Positions 8,890 through 19,549 of a stretch of 64,000 nt of DNA are shown piece by piece (within the stretch, counting starts at the first letter, position 1; every line of letters starts with the position of its first letter). Where the stretch lies: the IMG/VR virus record IMGVR_UViG_3300028797_000014, positions 1,951 to 65,950 of that record; one strand, written 5' to 3'. Position numbers and translations under genes: made by a program. The notes below the pieces were generated by a model. That model ran no database searches, had not been told where the DNA came from, and was given only the letters and a program-made list of their open reading frames with translations. Origin of the DNA: a virus. Its lineage: Duplodnaviria > Caudoviricetes.

Positions 8890-9609
8890 ATGGCACCTCT
8901 AGTAGCAGCTGCAATTATAGGAGGCGCCGCTTCTTTAGGCGGCGCAGCAATCAACGCATACGGTAATTACAAGGCTCAGGAAGCCGAGCTCGAATCCCGC
9001 AAGGAAGCGGCCAAGCAACTCCTTCAACAGGGCAAGATTACCAACGCCGAATATAACGGTCTCATCGGTCAGATTAACGACTATTACGCCAACAGGGGTT
9101 CCCTCGGTACCGCTTCCGACGTGAACGCCTACAAGCAGGCTATCGCGGGTTACAATCCTGAAGACTATGCCCCAGAAGTCGGCGATTTCGATTATAACAA
9201 ATCCGTAGAGGACTTCACCAATCCCTATTATGCCCAGATTATCGGACAGACTAGGGATACACTCCAGCACAGTGCTGCAGGTGCGGGCCTCGGAAGAGGA
9301 ACCGGTGCGGCCATGAATATCGCCCAGGGAGTTGCTTCTAAGTCCGACGAGCTCTATAATACTGCTCTCAACCAGTATAACCAGGACCGTAACTTCGAAT
9401 ACCAGAAGTACGCCGACGCAATCAGGAACAACCAGAACAGACTCAACGCCCTCCGTACCGCCAACGAATACAAGATCGGCATGCAGGGCAATCTCGCTCA
9501 GGACTACTACAATACTCAGGATTCCAAGATGTCTGATATCCTTCAGGCACAGCAGGACAGGCTTAACGCCCGTGTCGGTTACGATTCCGCAATCGCGGGA
9601 CTTTACTAA
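8890..9609 (+). CDS. DNA ejection/transfer protein (P22 gp7-like)
   Basis: Hydrophobic Gly/Ala-rich N-terminus and Q/N-rich helices; homologous to 59143..59874. Confidence 0.65.
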   Translation: MAPLVAAAIIGGAASLGGAAINAYGNYKAQEAELESRKEAAKQLLQQGKITNAEYNGLIGQINDYYANRGSLGTASDVNAYKQAIAGYNPEDYAPEVGDFDYNKSVEDFTNPYYAQIIGQTRDTLQHSAAGAGLGRGTGAAMNIAQGVASKSDELYNTALNQYNQDRNFEYQKYADAIRNNQNRLNALRTANEYKIGMQGNLAQDYYNTQDSKMSDILQAQQDRLNARVGYDSAIAGLY

Positions 9610-9618
9610 GGAGAAATT

Positions 9619-10563
9619 ATGCCAGGAATTTACAATCGCGACAACATCAATTACGGTGGCATGCTCGGTAACGCCATGGCAAGTCGTGCGAATTATGCAC
9701 AGAGGCTCGGCGACATGAAGGCCCAGAGATGGAAATACTGGGGTGACGCCGTGAACAACACCGGCAATATCATTGGCGACACTCTCAAGACCTATGCAGG
9801 TTATGACATGCAGAGGGAACAGAGAGATTTCCAGGCTGAAGAAGCCGCTAAGCGTGCGCAGGAACAGCTCGCTCGTCAGAGAGAACAGGAAGCATGGCAG
9901 GCCGAACAGAATAGACTCCAGAGAGATTCGACTGAACGTATCGCCGGGTTAAACCGTCAATCTGCGAAAGAAGACCGCATGGCACAGAATATGATGAACT
10001 ACCAGAATATGGAGTCCATAATTAATCAACTGCAGTTTGAATACGATAATACGAGCGACAAGACGGCTGAAGGAATTCTCAAACGTGCGCAACTGAAGAG
10101 TCAAATCGAACAAGCGAACAACAAGAAGAACTATTACGAAGGATTGATTCCTCAGCAGTTAAGGACACAACCTGTGTCTAATACCGTTATTACCGGTGAT
10201 GACGCGGAGAAAGCCCTGACTATGTTCGATAATGAACCTCCCAAGACTGCTGCTCAAGTTGCAGAAGATGATAACAAATTCGATGAAATCCTCAAGGGTA
10301 CATGGAATAATGCGAACAAGCAAGAAGCTCTGAAGCTTGCTGGTAATGACACTGTCAAACTACAGAAGATTACGAATAAAGGACTTACTGCTGAAGAGAA
10401 ACAAGCCAATATTGACAGAGCAATTAATGAAGCAATTAAATCAGGTGATAGAGGTAAATTGCCCGATGGTTATATGGTTCGTACCTTTGATGACGACAAT
10501 GTTCAATATGTTGCCAAGAAGAAAGGTGTCAATTGGGTTAAAGTGAAGAAATGGGGTAAATAA
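9619..10563 (+). CDS. Putative ejection protein
   Basis: Helical Q/E/A-rich protein in the ejection operon. Confidence 0.5.
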   Translation: MPGIYNRDNINYGGMLGNAMASRANYAQRLGDMKAQRWKYWGDAVNNTGNIIGDTLKTYAGYDMQREQRDFQAEEAAKRAQEQLARQREQEAWQAEQNRLQRDSTERIAGLNRQSAKEDRMAQNMMNYQNMESIINQLQFEYDNTSDKTAEGILKRAQLKSQIEQANNKKNYYEGLIPQQLRTQPVSNTVITGDDAEKALTMFDNEPPKTAAQVAEDDNKFDEILKGTWNNANKQEALKLAGNDTVKLQKITNKGLTAEEKQANIDRAINEAIKSGDRGKLPDGYMVRTFDDDNVQYVAKKKGVNWVKVKKWGK

Positions 10564-12011
10564 TGACGTCAGCAGAAATCAATACAATCGCTAACAAGTT
10601 AGAAGAACTTGGTCGCGGTGACCTTGCGGATCAATTTCTAAAGAACCCTAATGCATTTGACTTTACGGTATTAGAGCGTGATCCTAACTTCACAGACAAA
10701 TACGCCAATGTTGCAGGATTTGTTGGAGATAAGTACAAGGTACTTCAAGACCTGTACGTACAGTTTGACGGTAAGAAACCAACAGATACTCGATTTGAAT
10801 CTCTGAAGGTCAAATATCCGTTTCTTGACAGAAATGAACTGAACGAATGGTTCGACAAGACCAACGAGTTCAAGAAAGAGTACGAACAGGAACGCGAGAA
10901 TGAAGCCAAGAGGCAGGAACGCGTAAAGGAAGTAGAACGAGATTGGCCGCTTCCCAAGAAGCTGGTTACTACCGATTACGAGAAGCAGCGCTATATCAAC
11001 GAACCAGAGAAAGCCTTATTCGGCGAACAAGCTCCCAGCTGGGGAAGCGCGGAGAACACCAGATGGCGTTCCATGGGTGACCTTGCCGCAGGTGCGTTGG
11101 GTACGGCGGCAGATTTAGTTCCTACTCCTGTCCATTCTGAAATCTGGGCAGGCCCCGTAGTTAGGGGTCTTCTCGACGCTTCCTACTACGGTACGCCGTA
11201 TCAAAGGAAACCTGAAGACATCATCTCTGATTTAGCCCAGGATATGTCGATTAACGCAGGCGCGGAATTATTTCAGAACTGGCGTAGGGCTAAGAGGGGA
11301 GAACGTAAGTTACTTAACCAGAGCAGCGACCTCGCCAGACATATGAATGTCGTCGACGAGACTAAGAACATATCTGGCAGCATAAACAAGATAGAGAATC
11401 TGATTAATAATAAGGCGGGCGTAACGGATATTGTCAACGCGATAAACGAGCTTCCAGACAGCGAACTCAAGAAAGAACTGATGTCGAAGACATCTGGTCC
11501 GCTTAGGGAAGTACGTAAAGGTGACGTAGAAGAAATTCTTAATAACTATAGGACCTATATTAGTGAACGTACAAAGAACGACTATGTCAAGGAACTAGGT
11601 AGTAAATTCTATGAACCTAAGCCGATGCCAAATGTACCGCAGGAAGCTGACGATTTCGCCCTGCCGAATAACGAATACATGAGGCGCGTCCTGCTCGCAC
11701 CCGATAAGCTGAGCAAGATTGACAAGGCAAAGGAACAAGGTATTAGATTATTCGACTTTGCTTATAACAATATCAGTACGCCCGTTACCAAGTTTGCCGG
11801 TAGAGAAACTGCTAATCTCAGAAAGTTCAGTAACGAAGACAAGAAGAATATCGTGGCCAATATCCTCGCTCAGGAAGAACAGAAGGATAACATAAATCGC
11901 ATAATCTCTAGTTATTCACTGTTATGGAACAAGGATAAACCTCCTATGGAAGCCAAGGATAGTCCTCTTATCGAGGCTGCATGGAAGAAGTGGAAGAAGG
12001 AGCAAGAATAA
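10563..12011 (+). CDS. Putative large ejection protein
   Basis: Helical protein with a central Gly/Ala hydrophobic segment; counterpart of 61915..63759. Confidence 0.5.
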   Translation: MTSAEINTIANKLEELGRGDLADQFLKNPNAFDFTVLERDPNFTDKYANVAGFVGDKYKVLQDLYVQFDGKKPTDTRFESLKVKYPFLDRNELNEWFDKTNEFKKEYEQERENEAKRQERVKEVERDWPLPKKLVTTDYEKQRYINEPEKALFGEQAPSWGSAENTRWRSMGDLAAGALGTAADLVPTPVHSEIWAGPVVRGLLDASYYGTPYQRKPEDIISDLAQDMSINAGAELFQNWRRAKRGERKLLNQSSDLARHMNVVDETKNISGSINKIENLINNKAGVTDIVNAINELPDSELKKELMSKTSGPLREVRKGDVEEILNNYRTYISERTKNDYVKELGSKFYEPKPMPNVPQEADDFALPNNEYMRRVLLAPDKLSKIDKAKEQGIRLFDFAYNNISTPVTKFAGRETANLRKFSNEDKKNIVANILAQEEQKDNINRIISSYSLLWNKDKPPMEAKDSPLIEAAWKKWKKEQE

Positions 12012-14398
12012 TGGCCAGAAATTTCGACAACTGGAACAGATACCTGGACAACGACAGCAAGCCGCTTCACGGCTGCGTCATGTTCAACGTCAAGGACGGA
12101 AACACCGTTGCGCCTATCTACGATGCCGACGGGACCGCCCTCGACAACCCGATCATAACGGACGAATACGGAAGGACACAGCACCAGGTATTTATCGATA
12201 CCGACGTGACTGCGTATTTCTACAAGTATATCGGCACGGGCTCCTATACGAGCTACCGTAGCCAGGATATCGACATCAACGACGACGCCATCTGGGACCT
12301 CCAGTATACCTCGGAGAACGTCAACGACATCCTCGCACATATCACTTCGGACACGGTAATCGCCGTATCCAGTATTTCTGCGCTGAGGAATATTGATATC
12401 GATACGATTCCGGAAATCAACGGTTACAAGATTGTTACCCTGTTAGGTTACGACGAGCCAGGTGACAAGGAGCCCGTCAATTACGTTTGGTACCCCAGCC
12501 TAACCGATAACGACGACAACGGTTCGATTATCCAGGGACCTGAACTTACGGGAAGATGGAAACTCGTGAAGCCGACAGAACATTGCGACTGTCGCCATTT
12601 CGGCATATTCGCCAAGAATACCACGAACTTTGTCGGCGATACAGCCAGGATGGAACAGTGGATTGCCTACTGTAACTCCGCGCGTATCAAGCCTTACTTC
12701 TCCGCCGAAGGAGACTACCGTTACTACAGGTACAACAACCTCAGCTTCACGATTCCTCAAATCGACGTGGCCAAGGGAGTAGTGTTCCTAGATACGGGTA
12801 CTTCCAACATCTGGACGACCGAGATTAACGGCAACCCGTACTTCTACAACCACTCGACGAACCTCAACGCCAAGGAAGTTAAGACTTCCTGGGGCGCATA
12901 CATGTTCATCAGTCCTAAGCACGTCGTAGTCGACGACGCGGCAAATTTCTACAATACAGCCATAAACAACGCTACGGTCGATATCGATGTACCGGTAACG
13001 GCCGCATGCGCATTTACTAACTCGAGAGTAAACATAAACGCTACGTTCAGCGGTATTTCCACGTTCACGAACTGTATCGTCAATTCCAAGAACGAAATCA
13101 CGTCCGGCTGTACGTTCTACAACTGCAAGCTCACAGAGGACATGTTCTACGGAAGTCCTCTCATTAACGTGGACATCAACTGCATAGCCGACTTCAACGA
13201 CTTCGAACACAAGCTCGGCATGTGGAAGCGTATCAAGTCCCAGCAGGGCATGGTAAACTATGACTGGGAAGGTCTCCTTACGTCCGAAAGTCCGTGGGCA
13301 TCCGCCGTTGAATCCGACAGGTGGCTCATCAACTACAAGTCCACGTCCGCAAACGCGGTCATGGAAGAAGGCGACAACGCACACGCGTATTTCCTCGAGA
13401 ACTGTTCCGGCACCCTGAAACTCCAGGGCAAGGCAGCCAATACCTATATCTTCAAGAACTGCGACATGACGATTACGTTCGAATCCGGATATAACGAAGG
13501 ATGTTCCATCCGTTGTGTCGATTCTACGCTCAACGTGTCCCAGTCCAGGATCAAGCTCGTAGCCCTCAACTGTCAGGGAGGCGTACTTACGGGTACGGGT
13601 TCCTTCGATGTCGTTAACGCATACCTCTACAATACGGTGCAGGACGTCCCTGTCTATGCCGGTTATGCAGACGTCAAGGATTCCAATATCGATTCTACCT
13701 TCCAGGTCTACGGTCTCGACGGTTACGACATTCCTGTTACGGGCGAAGGAAGTGCTTCCGGTACTGTTTACCACGTGCATAGGGTTATCAGCGGTAACTT
13801 CGTAAACAACTTCGTCAACGGCCAGATCGAAATCGGCACGGTCGATTCCCAGGACCCGCATATCGCATTGATAGACCTCGTTAGAGGGCTTAACATCACC
13901 AATAACCAGGGCATCGCGGTCACTCCGATCAAGGTAAACCGTAGCGCCACGAGTATCTACGACCAGTACAACATCTATACGTACAAGAACAATACGGGTA
14001 CTATGGAAATGTCCAGTCTCAAGGACGTCATCCTCACGGCAGTAGGTTATACTCCCGGTTCCATGAATACGCTCTATCTGAACTCTTCAGACAGCGTTCT
14101 GAAGGCCATTGTCTGCTATACCGAGGCCGGAGACCCGACGCTCGACGTCAAGCTCTTCTCTATCGGTACGCTGAACGTCAGCGTGGACGTACGCATAGAA
14201 TTCACTGGTTCGGCACCTGACTACTTCATTGGCAGCAACTGTATATGGGTAAGTTCAGGAGCGGTAAACAGGAGGAATATCAACTATGCCGGTACTACTT
14301 CTCAGTTCCACTGGCAGGTATTCAACGCCATGTTCGGTACGGCGCTCATAGAACATGCGGCCAATATGCCGAGCTACGTCAAAGTTGTCCAGGTCTAA
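12011..14398 (+). CDS. Tailspike-like protein with N-terminal head-binding-type domain
   Basis: D..GKPL.G.V.F...G......IY....NPI.TD..GR pattern, beta-helix-like body; paralog of 41021..43378; start ATG 12011 overlaps upstream TAA. Confidence 0.65.
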   Translation: MARNFDNWNRYLDNDSKPLHGCVMFNVKDGNTVAPIYDADGTALDNPIITDEYGRTQHQVFIDTDVTAYFYKYIGTGSYTSYRSQDIDINDDAIWDLQYTSENVNDILAHITSDTVIAVSSISALRNIDIDTIPEINGYKIVTLLGYDEPGDKEPVNYVWYPSLTDNDDNGSIIQGPELTGRWKLVKPTEHCDCRHFGIFAKNTTNFVGDTARMEQWIAYCNSARIKPYFSAEGDYRYYRYNNLSFTIPQIDVAKGVVFLDTGTSNIWTTEINGNPYFYNHSTNLNAKEVKTSWGAYMFISPKHVVVDDAANFYNTAINNATVDIDVPVTAACAFTNSRVNINATFSGISTFTNCIVNSKNEITSGCTFYNCKLTEDMFYGSPLINVDINCIADFNDFEHKLGMWKRIKSQQGMVNYDWEGLLTSESPWASAVESDRWLINYKSTSANAVMEEGDNAHAYFLENCSGTLKLQGKAANTYIFKNCDMTITFESGYNEGCSIRCVDSTLNVSQSRIKLVALNCQGGVLTGTGSFDVVNAYLYNTVQDVPVYAGYADVKDSNIDSTFQVYGLDGYDIPVTGEGSASGTVYHVHRVISGNFVNNFVNGQIEIGTVDSQDPHIALIDLVRGLNITNNQGIAVTPIKVNRSATSIYDQYNIYTYKNNTGTMEMSSLKDVILTAVGYTPGSMNTLYLNSSDSVLKAIVCYTEAGDPTLDVKLFSIGTLNVSVDVRIEFTGSAPDYFIGSNCIWVSSGAVNRRNINYAGTTSQFHWQVFNAMFGTALIEHAANMPSYVKVVQV

Positions 14399-14403
14399 TT
14401 ATT
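14395..14403 (+). promoter_or_regulatory. Module 1-type motif CTAATTATT (portal)
   Basis: Overlaps the tailspike stop, about 20 nt before the portal ATG. Confidence 0.7.
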
Positions 14404-14422
14404 GACTATAAAGAGGTTCTTC

Positions 14423-16261
14423 ATGGAAGAAAGAGAAATTATAGAACAGTGCAACCGCTTCCTCAGCAGGAGCGACGCCCGTTATAACAGTACGATAACC
14501 AGGGCTCTGGAAGACCTACAGATTTATTCAGGCGATTTCTGGAACGACAAGTTCAAGAAGAAATACAGACGTAACAAGAATCGTCTCAACCTGAGTCTGA
14601 ATAACTGGAACGTCCTCTGTAACGCCATAGCTTCCCCGATTTCCAATTCGCCGTGGCATACGGAGCTCGTGGACAAGAAGAACGGCCTGGAAGATATCCA
14701 GGAGATGATTGACGATATCGAAGCCGACAACGACGCCAAGAGCGCGATGATTGACGCCTTCAGGAAAGCCGTCCTTACCGGTTACGGCTATATCGTAGTC
14801 ACCACCGTCGCAGACGAAATGACAGGCGAGCCGAAGATTACAATCGAATCTGCGAACCGTATCAACGCGGTCGCGTTCGACCCGTCCGTTGCCACGGTAG
14901 AAGGTTCCGACGCGGAAGAGGGAGCGATCCTTAACTTCATCCCTACCAAGAAGGCCAAACGCCTTTACGGTGACGACGTTGTTCCTTATACCTATCCTGA
15001 AACGCCGTGCTTCATCAACATCGGCGACTTCAAGCAGTGGAGGATGCCGGAAGATTCCGTCGCGGTTATCTCTTACTACGTAAAGAACGTCAACGGTTTC
15101 GTAGACATGTACAAGATTTGTGGCGACAAGCTGGTTGAACACTACGAACTTCCTATCAAGATTATCCCGATCATACGTATCGCTGGTAACGAAATCTACA
15201 ACGGCGGTGACATCGACTATAACGGTATCGTGCAGCAGACGATGAGCCTCGAGCTCGGCGCCAATATCGCCTATTCTACCCTCATCGAACGTTGCGGTCG
15301 TTCCGCCAAGGCTAACTACATGGTCCATGTGGACGCGATGGACGGTCTCGAAGAGAATTACGCACGTTGCAACGAAGACGACTCCGTGGCCGTATTGTGG
15401 AAGGGAGAACACCAGCCCGTTCCGCTTACCGAGGGTTTCCAGACCGGCGACCTCCAGGCTACTGTGTCTACTTGTAGGACTCTCCTGGAAGACGTAACCG
15501 GTATTCCCCTTACTGGTATCCAGGGTGGAGAAAGGGAACGTACCGCTACTGAAATCCTCAGACAGCAGATTTCCAAGGAATCCAATACTGCCAACTACTA
15601 CAACAACGCGTTCAAGGCAGTAAGGGCTGTTTCCAAGATTATCATCCAGATGCTGACATACGGTAACGATCTCAAGTTCACTCTCGAGAACGGTCCTTCC
15701 GTAATTACCAGACAGATGAAGACGCGCCAGGAACTCTCCGCACTCGCCACCATCATGCCTGAGAACATGAAGCCGATTATCGCTAAGTATTTCGCTGACT
15801 CCCTGAAGAACGATCTCGGAGACGAACTGAGCCGCAATATCGTGGCCAACCTGCCGCCTGACGTCAACTTCATCGCTGACAGCATGGATCCAGCTGCCGT
15901 ACACCAGCTCAACCAGATGCAGGCTACCCTCGAAGAGACCATGAGCGAACTCGAACTCAGACAGAAGGAATGCGAAGACCTGCGTCACCAGCTCAACGCG
16001 GCACAGCTCAGCATGATCGACAACCGCGAACAGAGACAGCATGACTTCAACAAGTTCGTCGTATCGGAACAGGACAAGATGGCGCTCGAAACAGCCAAGC
16101 TCCAGCTACAGTCCGACAAGATTGATACCGACGCGATTATGAAGCAGCAGGAAATCAACATCAAGGCGGCCGAAGCCGACATGAACGCCCAGGAGAAGGA
16201 ATCCAACGCGTACATCAGCGGCGTAGAGGACGCGGTCAATGCGATGACGAGAGGTATGTAA
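14423..16261 (+). CDS. Portal protein (P22-like), module 1
   Basis: DLQIYSGDFW...RLNLSLNNW pattern and long coiled-coil C-terminal barrel; paralog of 39108..41021. Confidence 0.85.
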   Translation: MEEREIIEQCNRFLSRSDARYNSTITRALEDLQIYSGDFWNDKFKKKYRRNKNRLNLSLNNWNVLCNAIASPISNSPWHTELVDKKNGLEDIQEMIDDIEADNDAKSAMIDAFRKAVLTGYGYIVVTTVADEMTGEPKITIESANRINAVAFDPSVATVEGSDAEEGAILNFIPTKKAKRLYGDDVVPYTYPETPCFINIGDFKQWRMPEDSVAVISYYVKNVNGFVDMYKICGDKLVEHYELPIKIIPIIRIAGNEIYNGGDIDYNGIVQQTMSLELGANIAYSTLIERCGRSAKANYMVHVDAMDGLEENYARCNEDDSVAVLWKGEHQPVPLTEGFQTGDLQATVSTCRTLLEDVTGIPLTGIQGGERERTATEILRQQISKESNTANYYNNAFKAVRAVSKIIIQMLTYGNDLKFTLENGPSVITRQMKTRQELSALATIMPENMKPIIAKYFADSLKNDLGDELSRNIVANLPPDVNFIADSMDPAAVHQLNQMQATLEETMSELELRQKECEDLRHQLNAAQLSMIDNREQRQHDFNKFVVSEQDKMALETAKLQLQSDKIDTDAIMKQQEINIKAAEADMNAQEKESNAYISGVEDAVNAMTRGM

Positions 16262-16698
16262 TGATACATTTCGACGTTATGACAGGAAGGGGAATGGGGC
16301 ATAACGCCCTCATGACCGGCGACAGGACGGCGGCGGAAAGGCAGACTCCCCTGCAACACGAGGAACTCCTCGACATTTCCAGCCTCCCGGACTACCCGGC
16401 GTTCGTCGCCATGCCCCCGGGACCTCAGAAGTCCCTCATGTACAACGCCCTCGTGGCCCAGGCCGAACTGAGGGAGAGGGAGAACCCGAGGTACTGGAAC
16501 GACGCGAATCCCAGGAAGAACATCACCCAGTCCTCGAGCTTCATAGGCAACATAGACTACGAACCGAATACCAACATGGCGATGGTCCAGATGGGCAACA
16601 AGGTATACCCTTACGCCGGTATCGACCCAGTAAAGATGGCGGAATGGCTAAATTCGCCGTCCATGGAAGAATATTACCTTAATTACGTAAAGAGGTAG
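16261..16698 (+). CDS. KTSC-domain protein
   Basis: C-terminal SSFIGNIDYEPNTN...VYPY.GI......EWLNSPS...YY pattern. Confidence 0.7.
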   Translation: MIHFDVMTGRGMGHNALMTGDRTAAERQTPLQHEELLDISSLPDYPAFVAMPPGPQKSLMYNALVAQAELRERENPRYWNDANPRKNITQSSSFIGNIDYEPNTNMAMVQMGNKVYPYAGIDPVKMAEWLNSPSMEEYYLNYVKR

Positions 16699-17110
16699 TT
16701 TGTCCGGTTCGTTTCATTGATTGAGAAATCTTACGTTTGTGTTCTTCTGAAAGCTTCTTACCTTTCTTGGCTTTAGACAGGTTTAGTTTAGCTTCTTTAA
16801 AGTTATTATTCTCTTCTCTGGTACACCAACGTAAGTTTCTAATATCATTGATATTCATTCCAACAGGGTGATGCGTAATATGGTCAATACAGTTTCGACC
16901 AAGCGCAATATCCTCAGAAGTCTTGGGGATGAAATAATCGGCTAGAATCTTGTATGTATATACGTATTCACCGTTTATAAGTACATGGTGCCTTAGCTTT
17001 GCCACCTGTATAGAACCTTTACGAAGCTTATATAGTCCTGTATTAGAAACAGCTACTATATCGTTCGGATGGTTACTGTAGTGCTTTATTTCGATCCAAA
17101 TTTCTTGCAT
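16679..17110 (-). CDS. HNH homing endonuclease with NUMOD3 tail, antisense insertion
   Basis: CIDHI...NDIRNLRWCTREENNN and KGKKLSEEHKRKIS motifs; AT-rich. Confidence 0.85.
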   Translation of the reverse strand: MQEIWIEIKHYSNHPNDIVAVSNTGLYKLRKGSIQVAKLRHHVLINGEYVYTYKILADYFIPKTSEDIALGRNCIDHITHHPVGMNINDIRNLRWCTREENNNFKEAKLNLSKAKKGKKLSEEHKRKISQSMKRTGQTTSLRN

Positions 17111-17118
17111 ATAACTTC

Positions 17119-17128
17119 CTAATTATTA
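17119..17128 (+). promoter_or_regulatory. Module 1-type motif CTAATTATTA (first of two before the scaffold)
   Basis: Exact motif; also overlaps the RBS of the antisense HNH gene. Confidence 0.5.
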
Positions 17129-17133
17129 TTTGA

Positions 17134-17162
17134 AATATAGTAATTTACACCAAATTTGTAAA
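17134..17162 (-). promoter_or_regulatory. Sigma70-like promoter TTTACA-N17-TATATT for the HNH gene
   Basis: -35 at 17157-17162, -10 at 17134-17139. Confidence 0.7.
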
Positions 17163-17171
17163 TACACTATA

Positions 17172-17180
17172 CTAATTATT
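17172..17180 (+). promoter_or_regulatory. Module 1-type motif CTAATTATT (scaffold/capsid operon)
   Basis: Intergenic, upstream of the scaffold gene. Confidence 0.7.
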
Positions 17181-17249
17181 CTAATAAAGATTAAGCAGCG
17201 TGGGCTGAGTCTTTGTATTTAACTACCACGATTGAGGTTGGTCGACCGT

Positions 17250-18257
17250 ATGAATACGACTGAATGTTATGAATATCTTGCCAATTTGAAGAACAAAGGG
17301 CAATCCGAGGAAGTAAAGGAACCGTCAACTCCCGAAACCAAAGAAACTTCTCAGGAAGCACCTGCCGAGAAAGTTGATGACAAAGTTGCCGAAGAAGACA
17401 ACAAGGGTGTTGAACAGAAGCAAGTAGAAGAGAAGGCCGATGACAAGGCAGTCGAACCGAAAGCCGAAGTGAAAGAAGATACGGACAAGGAAGCTCCTAA
17501 ACAAGAAGAAGTAAAGGATTCTCCTAAGAAGGAAGAACCGCAATCCAAGCGCGATTACGCGTTCGAACGCCTCAAGAAGAAGTCCAGGGAACAGAAGGAG
17601 AAGTACGAGGCACGTATCAAGGAGCTCGAAGAAGAGCTCGCAAAGGGTAAAGGTCTGAAGGCCGAGCATTTCGTCAAGCAGGACGGAACGCCTGACCCGA
17701 ACAGCTATGTCGACTGGAAGTTCAAAGAACGCAGCATGCAGGACGAAATCCGTCAGCTGCAGCAGCAGGAACACGAACGACAGATGCAGGAGGACATAGA
17801 GGAAGACAGACGCAGGGTAGAGAACTGCTTCCAGGACGAGAAGGAACGTAAGGATTACGACGACCTTATCTCCAGGAACGGCAAGGCATTCTACGAGGCT
17901 GTCTCCGAAGTGGATCCGAAGGGCGTAGTATTCGGTTATCTTAGCACGATGCCTGAATATCCGGTCGTATTGAGGGAACTCATGACCGACAGCAAGTTGC
18001 TCGGATACACGTTCAGGAGCACCGATCCGGACGCTCTCAAACGAAATATCGCGAAAGTCGCAGACGATATCCTAGACAGACGTCACAATTCAACACCGAA
18101 GGTCACGGAAGGACCCAAGGCCGAGCCTCCTAAGGCAGAAGCCAAGAAGGAACTCCCGATCGTAGGTAAACAAATCAATTCTACTCCCTCTTCGGGAAAC
18201 GTGGTTCACGACAGGAATTACTGGAACAAGTACCTGAAGGAACACCCGAGAGGCTAA
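17250..18257 (+). CDS. Capsid scaffolding protein
   Basis: Acidic low-complexity N-terminus, coiled coil, immediately before the coat gene. Confidence 0.75.
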   Translation: MNTTECYEYLANLKNKGQSEEVKEPSTPETKETSQEAPAEKVDDKVAEEDNKGVEQKQVEEKADDKAVEPKAEVKEDTDKEAPKQEEVKDSPKKEEPQSKRDYAFERLKKKSREQKEKYEARIKELEEELAKGKGLKAEHFVKQDGTPDPNSYVDWKFKERSMQDEIRQLQQQEHERQMQEDIEEDRRRVENCFQDEKERKDYDDLISRNGKAFYEAVSEVDPKGVVFGYLSTMPEYPVVLRELMTDSKLLGYTFRSTDPDALKRNIAKVADDILDRRHNSTPKVTEGPKAEPPKAEAKKELPIVGKQINSTPSSGNVVHDRNYWNKYLKEHPRG

Positions 18258-18288
18258 CACAAACCATTTATTATAAGGAAATCAAATT

Positions 18289-19476
18289 ATGGCAAATACA
18301 TTCGCCCCCAACAAGCTCACTGACCTCATCGCAGTCCGTGCCGCAGAAAGCGGTGCCTACCTCACCGTAGGTGCCAAGTCCTACCTCAAGAACCAGCTCC
18401 GTCCCAACATGCGTAACGGTCAGGAATATGACTTCGTCGTTCGCGACGCAGGCAAGTTCGTTACCGGTATCGCCCTGAGCGACTCCGACGTTTCCGAACT
18501 CAAGGAACGTAAGGTAAAGTGTGCTCTCCAGGTCGGTAACGTCGTGGTTGACACCAACATGGTGGAAGCTATCACTGACGTCAACTGGGACAAGGAAATC
18601 GCTATCCCGAACGGCAAGGCACTTATCGAAGGTGTCGTTAACGAAGCTATCAAGAACGACCTCGGCCGTCAGAACATCGCGTTCGTCGGTACCGGCTTCC
18701 TCCCGCTCTCCAAGGCTTCCCGCGCTCTCGGCTCCATCACTTCCGACGCTCGCTACGGCTTCATCGACCCGATGATTGACTCCGTTCTCGCCACTGTCGG
18801 TAAGGGTTTCGATCCGATCAACGCCGATCCGATTGCCTCCAAGGGTGTCTACGGCAAGTTCGCAGGTACGGAATTCCGTGAACAACAGTTCCTCCCGAGC
18901 ATCGAAATCAGCGAAGCTCTCGCTGCTCAGCTCGCAACCGCAACCGTTTCCAGCTATGTAACTGGTACGGACTATGACACGCTGAACCTCAGCGGCGTTA
19001 CCGAAACCATCCCGGCCGGTACTCCGCTCTTCGTCAAGGGTGTGTTCGCAACCAACCTCCAGGGCAACAAGATGTCCTTCCCGAAGGCCTTCATCGCTAT
19101 CGATGACGCGACCAGCGGTGCCGTCAAGGTCCGTAAGGTTGATTTCGCCGGCCAGGGCACCAAGGAAGCTACCAAGCTTCCGGCTGCTTCTGACAAGCTC
19201 GTCAACCCGATCGCCGCAGGTACCTACTACATGGGTATCCTCCGTGTCGAAGGCGCACAGGAATTCGATACTCTCGACAAGCTCGACTGGAGCAACGCCG
19301 AGAAGACTTCTGAATCCATCGAAGGTATCTTCGTTCACGAAGGCCGCGCAGTGGATATCCTCGCCGGTAGCAACAAGACCCGTTGGAGTGTTGCAAGCAT
19401 CGGCCAGTGCATCGAACCGCGTTGTGCCGCTCTGGTACTCGTAAAGGACGCAAATCCCAATTTGGTATCGATGTAG
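18289..19476 (+). CDS. Major capsid protein (P22 coat/gp5-like), module 1
   Basis: MANTF start, 395 aa, strongly biased codons, follows the scaffold; paralog of 55040..56212. Confidence 0.85.
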   Translation: MANTFAPNKLTDLIAVRAAESGAYLTVGAKSYLKNQLRPNMRNGQEYDFVVRDAGKFVTGIALSDSDVSELKERKVKCALQVGNVVVDTNMVEAITDVNWDKEIAIPNGKALIEGVVNEAIKNDLGRQNIAFVGTGFLPLSKASRALGSITSDARYGFIDPMIDSVLATVGKGFDPINADPIASKGVYGKFAGTEFREQQFLPSIEISEALAAQLATATVSSYVTGTDYDTLNLSGVTETIPAGTPLFVKGVFATNLQGNKMSFPKAFIAIDDATSGAVKVRKVDFAGQGTKEATKLPAASDKLVNPIAAGTYYMGILRVEGAQEFDTLDKLDWSNAEKTSESIEGIFVHEGRAVDILAGSNKTRWSVASIGQCIEPRCAALVLVKDANPNLVSM

Positions 19477-19498
19477 TCTATAACATTACCATCTAACT

Positions 19499-19532
19499 AA
19501 GAAGGCCCTAGGAAGTTCCTAGGGTCTTTCTT
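19499..19532. terminator. Bidirectional intrinsic terminator
   Basis: AAGAAGGCCCTAGG...CCTAGGGTCTTTCTT between convergent genes. Confidence 0.8.
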
Positions 19533-19549
19533 GTTATTGTCCGTGTATC

